Below, one piece after another: positions 38,701 through 49,610 of a DNA stretch of 64,000 nucleotides. Within the stretch, counting starts at the first letter, position 1; each line of letters starts with the position of its first letter. Origin of the DNA: Setoptus koraiensis. Lineage: Eukaryota > Animalia > Arthropoda. The notes under the pieces are model-generated. The model ran no database searches and was not told the DNA's origin. It worked only from the letters and a program-made list of their open reading frames with translations. The stretch covers positions 3,658,001 to 3,722,000 of the forward strand of contig CM106586.1 in NCBI GenBank assembly GCA_048013815.1. Direction: 5' to 3'. The translations under genes and the position numbers were made by a program.

Positions 38701-41700
38701 ATTGTATTTTTCACCCTTCACTTATTGCCATTTCGCTTCATTTTCCCAATCACTTATTAACGCGAGAAGTGAGGGCGATCACTGAAATTTGAATAATAAT
38801 CTACATTGTCGAAATTACAACTTTCTCGCTCCGGCTCTCACTCTGTTACGTACGCGAAAACAACTAATCAACTGGCTTGGTCTCGATCAGTCGGTGCAAG
38901 TATGCGTATGCAAGTGATGACGAGCACCCATGATTATTAAATGAGTTGCTCTCTCATGGTATAACCAAGTTTAGCCAACCGACACGATGGGCGAGCCATC
39001 TAATTGGTATGACATCAACGATGATGGTGACCCTGTCGGTCACCATTAACCAGTCGATAGGTCAGTTGTGGTGTTTTTAGCTACTATCAATTAACGACCA
39101 TCTAATCTAATTAGATACAAACAAACTCCGCCGTTTATTATTAATATTAATATAAATTATTACTATTATTATTGCTGTCGCGCTGATACATGAGCATGAG
39201 TGTAATGGCAATAATCGGGTCAACTCCGGCAACAATTGATCAATGGGCTCGACGGACGCATAACATGCCAGCCACACGAGCGAAATTGATTTTTTCCAGT
39301 TGGCCCATCGGTTCGTCGCATGGCCGCAATTGGCCCAACAATTGTCTCTGCAATCTACTTATACCACTCATGTTGCCAGAACACAGCGACAACTAAAAAT
39401 CTGATTACGAGAAACATATTCAATTTAAGGGTTGATTGTTACGACGAGTTCAAGTTGATAACATTGAACCGAGCTATCTGGTTAGATGATCGAAATCAAT
39501 AAATTGTAAATGTAAATGAACGATCAACGCCATCTCAAGTCAAGGGTTGCTCTGCGCAAAGTATGAAAGTTTATCTGGCGCGTACCGTGTGCCCAGTCGG
39601 GCCCCAGTGGACGCGACACGACCATTTTGTGATTATTGTGACCATTGTGACCACGATATGACCACTGTGACAACGAGCAACAAGCCGGAAAAGAGCATAG
39701 ATTGATATTTGACGGTTGCGCCGATTATAATCATCTGACATCGAAGCGTCACGGCGTGTAATTTTTCATGTATCGTCTCGTAACAATCGTAGCCATGCGA
39801 GCCACTGGTACAGACAAGTCAGTGACTTATCATCTCAAACAATATTATCTCCCTGTGCCAATCTTATTGTTGTTGGCTCTCTTTATCGAAACAGAGAGTT
39901 TGTTCATTCATACAGTTCATGCAAACAGCGCCAGACAATCACTCTTAACTGGTCGGCACAATTCTTGCAAATTGTTACGGCACAAGGGAAGAGGAAATGG
40001 TCAGCACATTTAATTAGCATTGAATTTCTCGTTTGCTGGACACTCTCTAGTTGCGCCTGTCAGACGCCGGCGGTTGCATTGGGATCCAGATCAATTGAGA
40101 TCGTCTTCAACTATCTGACTTTTTCACTCGTTATTTAGCTGCATTGCGCACTAAACTGATACTATTGTGTAACAAAATTGTTTGGCGCCGTTTCAACTGG
40201 CACAACAGCACAATGTAGCCGATTTGTAACAAGTGCAAGACACAAATTGCGTTCATTATGTTCGTCATTGATCATTGATGGTCAAATAATCAAATAATGG
40301 TAACAGGGTAATTGTAACGATGATCTCAAGCCGAAAAGTGTGCCTCTTATGCTGTCAGTGAGCTGTTTGTGTTTGTAACCCCAAACTGGGCCAATGTTTG
40401 TTGCCTCGACAGTCGAATGTTAACAGTCAATGTTAACTAACCTATTAACTTTTGTGCAACAAATGTTAAAAATTTTGCATGATCTTGCAGAGTGTGTCTT
40501 TGTTTCTCTTACAATGGCGTTGTCGGTTAAGAGGAACGACTAATTTAGTGATTATTTGGAGCTAATTTGATATTATTTTCAGTGTGTGTGCGTGTGTGTG
40601 TGAGTGTGTGTGCGTGTGTGTGTGAGTGAGTGTGTGTGTGTGTGTGTACGCGTTTGTGTGAGTTCCATTGAAATAAAATGAAGCCGAAGTTATGACAAGG
40701 AGATAAGCAACAACAAGTTGCCACTTCTTTCTACATGCACGCACACACAGAGACGGACAGAAAGATAATGAAAGATTGGCGACCTTGAAATCGATCAAAA
40801 TCATCAGAGAGGAGAGCAGCAACCTAATAACAGCAGTGTAATAACAACAACAACGACAACCTGCTCATTCTTATGATTTAATCAAACCTGATTGCTTTTA
40901 CTTAGATTTCTTTGGCCGCTGCCGCTGCTCTTGTTGGCTTCTGCGAATTGTTGCAACCGTATTAACGTATTATGAGATGATAACAGGGACAGAGTGTTGT
41001 TGCTTTTGTTATGGCCAGCACCACCACCACCACCACCACCGCCTATCGTTGGTTGGCGTCTTTTTGTCGTCGTGGTTGTTGCATGTAACGAGTGATCTGA
41101 GATTGCATTTGAACCTGTTGCTGCTGCTGCTGCTGTTGTTGCGTCCAACTTTATTACTGCAACTAATATTATAAATATAACGTTTTCACTTTTCACCTGT
41201 TTTTGCTGCTGCCGCTGCTGCTGCCGCTGTTGCATTGTTAAATGGAGCTGGCTGGCTCTCTCGCTATCTAATTGAATATCCACCAGCAGCCGCCACCAGT
41301 TGTTGCTGTTGTTGTGTTAATCATGAACGAATAATTGCTTGCTATGTTTGTTTTTGCTAATTACAATCCACCAGCCGGCCCAGCGGCCAGCCAGCGAAGC
41401 GATACTAATCTAGATCTCTCGAATTTGGCCCGCCGTCTACCACGCGGTGTCTTTATTAGTTTGATCATTGATAGAGCCAGAGACAGATGGAGAGAGAGAG
41501 AGAGAGAGAGGGAGACACTTGTACAAATACTGTTGCAAACGGCTTAAACCTTAATCTGGCTTAATACGCTCCACGATGGCCGGTCCCGTTACGACAGCAA
41601 CACAATCGGCCATTCAAGCTGGCCCCTATATGTGCGACCACGAGCTTCCAAGACAGAGCTGACATTACGGCGAGATAGAGAGCGAGATAGAGAGTCGTTG

Positions 41701-42980
41701 CACGACCACGTCTCATTGCAAACCAATAGTCGGACTATCATGGGACAGCAGGAGTGCGTTCAAGTGTGTACATGGACACACCACTGTAAACAATGGCCAC
41801 TCATCAATGTTGAGCTCCACCCTCGCTGAGCTAGCTCGCCAGACTCGGTCGAGCGGCCAGCCGGCTGGCCGGCCGACCAAGCGACCGACCGGTCGGCTGC
41901 TTTGCCAGCAAGCTGGCCAGATCGTCGGCCGTTAGTAAGTTTGGATAAACGATTGATTAAACTCAAAGTTAACCCAGTGGACTTATTAGAGAGTAGCCAA
42001 TGAGAATTAGACTGACTGGCTGGCCGATTGTTGTTGCCTTCTCTCACTGACATTTACTGTTTGGGCTTCTAATTCCACAAGCATGCATTCGAAGCCAGTT
42101 GAAGGTGGTCAACTCACCTGGCCATTCTGAAGTCTCTCCATTCTTTCTGTATAATGTATGTGTTTGTGTGTTTACACACACACACACACACTCACACATT
42201 TTTCATTTAATTTGAATACAAACCTATCACTTATGAGATCTATCTCAACCGCTTCTTCGAGTTTGCATGCCTGTATGCGTGTGTGTGTGTGTGTGTCGAG
42301 CTGAACCGATTGAGACCCTTCTGCCTTTGCTTTCACTCTGGAAGTCTTACCATAGAAACACAGACCCAACGATATTAGCTGAAATATAAATATATATTTG
42401 TTTTGTATATATATATATACACACACAAATGCGTTATTAGATAAGAGGCTCAAAAGGCAATAATCTCTATAGAGTAGCCTATTGTTGAGCACATAGGAAT
42501 TCATTCGTTTAGGCCACTCCTATTCCCAAGTCCGTGACATGAACTTGAAATGACTGCCAGCTAACTCGTTCGCCCGTTCGCTGGCAAGCTTGAGGTCTCT
42601 CTGTCACACGTGTATATCGTGCACATAACCGCCTATAATAATAACTATATGATGATGATGAATAACGGTCTCAGGGAATAACGTATCAACAACACGTTTG
42701 TACGTACCACCGACAACTAACCACATACATACATACATACATACGTACATACATACACGAAAAAGAACGGATAAAGGAACGAAGGCACGAGTTGCGAAGA
42801 GAACATAGAGAGCGAAATCATTTAAATAGCGCGAGAGTTCTCGTTTCAATCATCATTCGACAACAAGCCAATAACAATCAACAACAAACAAGAACAACAA
42901 CGAGACAAATCAAGACTTCAAGTCTGACAAACAATAGAAACCAATTTACAAACAAACGAATAAACAAACCCTATTCAAAA

Positions 42981-43748
42981 ATGTACGCCATAGCAGTTGT
43001 CCTCGCCTGTTTAGTCGGTGCCAGCCAAGCCTCATACTTGGCCCCATTAGGCGCCCCATTAGCCGCTCCTCTAGTTGCACCAGCACCATTCACAACAACC
43101 GCACACGTTGGTAACGTAGCAACAGGTGTATCAAGAGCCTACACAAATGTGCCACAATCCCGATTCACCCGCACCGACTGGAACCAACCAGGTGAGTAGA
43201 CTATTGATTGAGTCACATATAAACTTGTAAAATTGTTCTCATCGGTTTCAGAATAAAGTTCGATTGTAGTACTAATCGCTATATCGCAATATCATCGTCA
43301 ATTATTACCCATGAACCAAATGAAACATTAGGCTCACTCATCACAGCCCCAATTCACGCACCAATCATCGCTCCAGTTTTCGGAAACATCGCCGTTCCAG
43401 GCCCAACCCGTTACGAGCAATTCTTAGTACCAGTAAGTTGATTAAACATATCCAAAACATATATATCATATTATTTGGTTCAAGCCAACCAACTGTATTG
43501 TCGCTAGATTAACTGATTAACTAACCAACTTACAACTAATGTTATTTAATCAATTTAAATTCGACTTACAGAACCCACCCAGAGTGCTCCACGAGACCCA
43601 CTACCAACCTGGTGTTGCTCATGTCCCAACTGTCGCCCATGTCCCAGCTGCCGTCCCAGTTGCTGCACCAGCTTACCCAGTGCCAGCCGCCCCAGTAGCT
43701 GCCGCCCCAGCCTACCCAGCTCCAGCACCAGTCAAAGGATACTACTAG
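42981..43748 (+). CDS. Secreted low-complexity Ala/Pro/Val-rich cuticular-type protein, 162 aa
   Basis: Exons 42981-43191, 43332-43432, 43572-43748 (GT-AG, phases 1 and 0, 489 nt). Signal peptide MYAIAVVLACLVGASQA; AAP(V/A) repeats and a GYY end, typical of arthropod cuticle proteins; no chitin-binding R&R consensus recognised. Confidence 0.75.
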
Positions 43749-44194
43749 ATGTCGTAAAGATACAACAACAACAACATCAACACAAACACAAATTGTCTGA
43801 ATGAAACTCAACCATTCTATCACCTGATACACCTGTATGATGAATAAATTAGTTAGTCAGCTATGTATGGGCTATCCTGACGCTTCCGTTGCATCTATCC
43901 TTGTGAGAGTAGCACTCAAGTAAATGGAACCTACTATATACTAAACTATCAGAACCATTGATGAGCTAATTGAAGCTGATTATTTGTGTGAAGTGAGAAT
44001 GTGGCTAGCAAATTGTTGTTCTGTAAAAACTGACCTACATCCCAAGTGTACAAGAATGGCATTGCAAAGTTATTAATATTGATAAATAAAGTCCATATAT
44101 AGTTCTATATATATATATATAATTTTAAATAATATACACACGAATCAACAACAGTATCTAAATACTCGTCCATGTCCCTAGTTAGATATAACTA

Positions 44195-45022
44195 CTACTT
44201 TTTTTTGAATTTCGAAAATTGCAACAGAATGGCAGCTTCTATGTCTTCGGCTGTTTTTGTTTGGCCAAAATAATCAGCTAGGTTACCATTTGGATCAATT
44301 AAATATGATATTATAGTGTGATCTACTATGTAATCGTTGTCTTTATCCTTGGGACCGACACTGTAGTAGACCCTGTAGGCTCTTGTCGCCTTTTCCACTT
44401 GCTCTTTGGTGCCAGTTAGTCCAATGAATTTGGACGAGAACTCTGACAGGTATTTGGCCAAATTCTCTGGCGTGTCGCGTTCCGGATCAACAGAAATGAA
44501 TAAAGGTACTAGATCCACTTTAGAGCCTATTTTCTCAATCACTGTAGCCAATTTTTCTAGCTCCTCTGGGCAGATGTCGGGGCAGTTGGTGAAGCCAAAG
44601 TAAATGAGAATCCATTTTCCGGACCACTCTGATGACTTTCTGAGTTTATTCTGTGTGTCGACAAGTTCGAAATCACCTCCGATAGCTGGTTTCCCGAAAG
44701 AACGGGCCTTTTGCAAGGCTTGTTGCTTTAATTTTTGCTCTCTCAAATATAACGTGTATCCATAGAGGCCGGCGAGTAGGCCTCCACCAATGAGCAACGA
44801 CTTCCATGTGATAGGTCCACCTGTCTTCCAGCTAGAGCCAACAAATCTGCCCTTGAGTGATGGACGTTGTTTACTTGAGTCACAGAACGACCTCGAATTG
44901 TTGGGACACGATCTGACCCATGGAAATAAGACTAAATCCCTGTTGAGTAATGACTGATAACAACCACGAGTATCTGTTCTCTGCACAGTTAACTTTATAG
45001 CCTGCCTCGTGAAAGCAAGCAT
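44195..45022 (-). CDS. SCO1: SCO1/SCO2-family mitochondrial copper chaperone, 275 aa, intronless
   Basis: Copper motif YFGFTNCPDICPEEL, single TM (GPITWKSLLIGGGLLAGLYGY), IGGDFELVD, ISVDPERDT, YIVDHTIISYLIDP. Confidence 0.95.
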   Translation of the reverse strand: MLAFTRQAIKLTVQRTDTRGCYQSLLNRDLVLFPWVRSCPNNSRSFCDSSKQRPSLKGRFVGSSWKTGGPITWKSLLIGGGLLAGLYGYTLYLREQKLKQQALQKARSFGKPAIGGDFELVDTQNKLRKSSEWSGKWILIYFGFTNCPDICPEELEKLATVIEKIGSKVDLVPLFISVDPERDTPENLAKYLSEFSSKFIGLTGTKEQVEKATRAYRVYYSVGPKDKDNDYIVDHTIISYLIDPNGNLADYFGQTKTAEDIEAAILLQFSKFKKK

Positions 45023-45179
45023 AGTGGATAGGTCAAATGGGTGTCAATTTGATGTTGAAGATGTATTTTTATCTCACAGTCGACGATATTTGGATAGACT
45101 TATCAAGCATTTGTTGGGGCCCTTTCTCACTTGAGAATCTCATTTGACCACATGTGCCACAAATTCTTTGAGTTTGAAC

Positions 45180-45189
45180 TGCGCATGCG
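45180..45189. promoter_or_regulatory. Candidate NRF-1/Erect wing site (TGCGCATGCG)
   Basis: Palindromic core GCGCATGCG about 160 bp upstream of the SCO1 ATG; NRF-1 controls respiratory genes. Motif match only. Confidence 0.35.
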
Positions 45190-45322
45190 TCTCAAATTGT
45201 AAAAGTTTAAATTACCCGCACAATCATTTGCTCGTGAAAATGACGTTTTGTCATGTTTTTTACTGCACACAAGGTGGCCCACAATGAGTGATTGTGGAGC
45301 ACCTCGATTGGAGGGAAATATT

Positions 45323-45332
45323 GCGCGCCAAA
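45323..45332 (-). promoter_or_regulatory. Candidate E2F site (TTTGGCGCGC) in the SCO1/PCNA bidirectional promoter
   Basis: gcgcgccaaa on the plus strand matches TTTSSCGC on the minus strand; a second partial site cgcgaaa lies near 45466. PCNA is a textbook E2F target. Motif match only. Confidence 0.45.
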
Positions 45333-45648
45333 TGGCTGCACATCCATTGGGTTTTGTATGAACGACAATACATACACACTTGCATACAGACGCACAGACG
45401 CACATACAAACTAAATCGCCGGCGCAGCAATACACACACACACACACACGTACACACGCACCAACGCGAAATATTCATGGACTGGTATTGTTGTTGTTGA
45501 GCGGCGATCAGTTCGCATCTTCCGACAATACAGTACATATAATTCCCTTGCATCCACTCCTAATCTCATATCAATTCAGAGTTGAATAATTTTTATTGTG
45601 TCATTCTTACGTGATTGATTGTGTCATTATTTTACGAAACATTTATAA

Positions 45649-46608
<960 letters not shown>

Positions 46609-46683
46609 AAAATTCATTATTTTATTTGTATTGCCTTCCTAGATAATTGAAGAAAAATAGCTCATTAAACGTTAGTTAACAAA

Positions 46684-47733
46684 TCATGATAGCTTTTTCA
46701 TCTTGGCTACAAAGAAACCGTCAGTGTTGTGCGTGTGCGGATAAAATCTTCTTGTCATAGACATTGTGGGATGAAAGTGAAGCCCTCTAAAATTCTTGAA
46801 GCCGGCTCTTCCAAATTCTAATCCAGTCTCAACAAGTTTAACTTTTCTTTTGCGGAGGGCGTATTCAATGACCGATTCGTTTTCTTCTACAAGAATGGAA
46901 CATGTGGAGTAAACAAGGTAACCACCTTTCTGTGATTTGGCGTCCAAACAATCAATAGCAGCAAGTAACAATTCCTTCTGCAGGTGACTACACCTTTTCA
47001 CATCTTTCCAGTCTTTCTCAGCCTTTACCGACGGATCCTTTATTGCCACCCCACTACCTGTACAAGGGGCATCTAGAAGCACACGATCGAATCCTGTCAT
47101 AATCTTGGGAAACTTTCGTCCGTCGTGACAACTGATAACGGTGTTGATAACCCCCAAACGATGGCAATTAGCCGAGACAGCTCTGCAACGCTCCCTGCTG
47201 ATGTCATTAGCAAATATAACACCTGTATTTTTCATCAATTGTGCAATGTGCGTAGTCTTACCGCCGGGGGCAGCTGAGAGATCGAGTATTCTATCGCCTG
47301 GTTGTGGCGCCAAGGCCATAACTGGTAGCAAAGATCCTGCTCCTTGTAATATGTAGTGGCCAGCTAAATAGGAAGAGGTCGCGCCAATAGGTACTGGTGA
47401 ATCATATACAATGAGTCCAACCTTAGACCATTCTACCGGATCAACATTCACGCCGAGTGCTATGAGCTCCTGAGCTAGTTCTTTACGTCTGGTCTTTAAA
47501 GTGTTAGTTCTGATTGTTACTGGTCGTTCGGTCTCACTAGCCTCGAGGAATTGCTTTAGTTCTTCTACTGGGAAGAGATTCATCACCAAGCGCATCATGT
47601 AGTCATTGTAACCGTATTTCCAGCAGAGTTCTTGCCTTAGCTTTGTCCGATCGGTGGTGGTGTCTTCAGAGTCCTCAGGATCGCTGCAGTCCGGTTCCGG
47701 CTCCTCGAACGTTTCATTCTCTGGGTCCATCAT
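46684..47733 (-). CDS. NOP2: NOP2/NSUN1 rRNA m5C methyltransferase core with an eIF3b-derived N-terminal 28 aa; 349 aa, intronless
   Basis: ERPVTIRTNTLK, GHYILQGAGSLLPV, RILDLSAAPGGKTTHIA, FDRVLLDAPCTG, LVYSTCS, RRFYPHTHNTDGFFVAK. N-terminus MMDPENETFEEPEPD... aligns with the eIF3b start at 53080. Confidence 0.93.
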   Translation of the reverse strand: MMDPENETFEEPEPDCSDPEDSEDTTTDRTKLRQELCWKYGYNDYMMRLVMNLFPVEELKQFLEASETERPVTIRTNTLKTRRKELAQELIALGVNVDPVEWSKVGLIVYDSPVPIGATSSYLAGHYILQGAGSLLPVMALAPQPGDRILDLSAAPGGKTTHIAQLMKNTGVIFANDISRERCRAVSANCHRLGVINTVISCHDGRKFPKIMTGFDRVLLDAPCTGSGVAIKDPSVKAEKDWKDVKRCSHLQKELLLAAIDCLDAKSQKGGYLVYSTCSILVEENESVIEYALRKRKVKLVETGLEFGRAGFKNFRGLHFHPTMSMTRRFYPHTHNTDGFFVAKMKKLS

Positions 47734-48562
47734 GATCTGTATGTGAGAAATAAATGATTCGTAATTGATAGTAATATCCTAATTAGTTATTTGGTGATTA
47801 TATCGGACTTGTTAATCATAAATGTAATGTAGTAACTAACAAACAACATATTTGCATGTCGCTGATGTTGTGGTATCGCGTAGATTCTTTTTTCGCGTGT
47901 GTCTGCCATGCTTTCGCTGTGTGCAAAATAGCGTTCGTAATGGCGCTAAATACGAATGATCAAGAAATTTTAGTGATCGGGGGAGGTATTCCTCCCACCT
48001 CCCGCTATATGGGCTTGGACCTCCCGCTTCCCACCTCCCCCTCCCAGTTGGTCTCCCTGTTGGAGAAAGCAAAAGAAACGATTGGCCAGCTCCGCGAGCT
48101 GTTATTCACATTCAGTGTTTATTTTGTGCAGTTCGGCCCGTAGTCGCGTGTCGACCAGTCTGTTTACATATTGCTTGCAAGATAAAAAAAATCTCATCTA
48201 CATTAGGCTCTCACTTATTACACCGATCCAATATGTTTGCCTTCTCGAAACAGGCCCTTAAGTTGGCCGTAATGAGGACAGAAGCTCGATGTCAGTCATT
48301 GCTCAATAAAGAATCGATCGCATCAGCTTGGGTGGGATCATATCGTATCAAAGACCCTGATAGTTACGTCAATACCTTCCCACAACCCCGCAGATGGCCG
48401 CGTTATAATGAGATCGTTCAACCACCCCAAACAGACCCAACTGAGGAGAGAAGACCTGCTACGTACTACCACTATCGATCAAATATTAAGTATTCACCCA
48501 AAAAGATGTGGTTCATTGTAAAATTCATTCGAGGAATGTCCGTCGACGAGGCGGTGAAGCAA
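47650..48562. repeat. Copy A of the inverted segmental duplication (eIF3b stub + bidirectional promoter + mRpL22 5' part)
   Basis: 47650-47968 aligns to the reverse complement of 52825-53163, and 48154-48562 to the reverse complement of 52371-52769. The central 185 bp (47969-48153) is unique to this copy. Confidence 0.95.
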
Positions 48563-48892
48563 TTATCATTTGTTGACAAGAAAGGTGCCCAGATCGCCAA
48601 AGAGACTCTCCTTGAAGCTCAAGCAATTGCTGTTAAGAAACACAATTTCGAGTTTAAATCAAACATGTGGATAGAAGAGGCATTGTGCGGAAAGGGCCTA
48701 GTCATCAAGGGAGTCAGAAAGCACGCTAAACAACACATTGGTATAATCAATTATTTTTATGTACATCTTTTGTTCAAATTGACCGAGGGACCTCCGCCTA
48801 GACATTATTATGAGCCACCAAAGGATGGAAACGATCTCTTGAAAGAGTACTTTGATAAACTAAGAAATAGAAAGATACCATTAGGTATTTAA
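48233..48892 (+). CDS. mRpL22: Mitochondrial ribosomal protein L22, 219 aa, intronless
   Basis: NIKYSPKKMWFIVKFIRGMSVDEAVKQLSFVDKKGA, HNFEFKSNMWI, KGVRKHAKQHIGIINYFYVHLLFKLTEGPPP; basic presequence-like N-terminus. Confidence 0.93.
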   Translation: MFAFSKQALKLAVMRTEARCQSLLNKESIASAWVGSYRIKDPDSYVNTFPQPRRWPRYNEIVQPPQTDPTEERRPATYYHYRSNIKYSPKKMWFIVKFIRGMSVDEAVKQLSFVDKKGAQIAKETLLEAQAIAVKKHNFEFKSNMWIEEALCGKGLVIKGVRKHAKQHIGIINYFYVHLLFKLTEGPPPRHYYEPPKDGNDLLKEYFDKLRNRKIPLGI

Positions 48893-49610
48893 CAAACGCG
48901 AGTGTTGCAATAAATCTCGAGTTTCTGAGAAACACATTTTTTCATATTTCGCATATTGATTGCCACATTTATCTTGTTAATAATCTCTCATTTTATTCAT
49001 TTCTTTCTAACTAAACATCAACTGCAAGACTTGTTGTTATTGCCAAAGTAACTTTTCAAGACAAAAATGCTACCTGTTTCAACATCTTTCTGCCTCCTTT
49101 TGATTAATTGAGATAAGCAGAGTATTGCACAATCAACATACGCTTTTCCTACATCATAGTTTTAATGTGTACATTCTCTCTGCTGATACCACAGAACCAG
49201 CTTGAAGTATTTTACGTACCATTCAAAAAGTTGTTGATTAAATAATGACATAGTTGATTTGTTTTCATCCATCTCTTTATCCTAGCTTTAAGGTGCTAAT
49301 GTATTTTTAACAGATAGCTGATAACTATCATGAGACTTCGACGAGACACGTACAAAACTAGAATGTAACGAAAGTCATAGACTACTAACATAATGATTGC
49401 ACTATCTACGTAACATGTATTCTAACTTACCACCTTAAGAGGCTTTGCTAAAAAATCTAACTTTTCTATCAAACTTGTTACAAACACGATTCAACGTCTT
49501 TCGAAAGTTCTGTGCGATAATCATGCATATATCTTTCGTACAAAAGAGTTAAACAATAGTCATTGTTACATTATCTTTGGAGAAGCATCGCAATTTAAAA
49601 ATTTGTCAAA

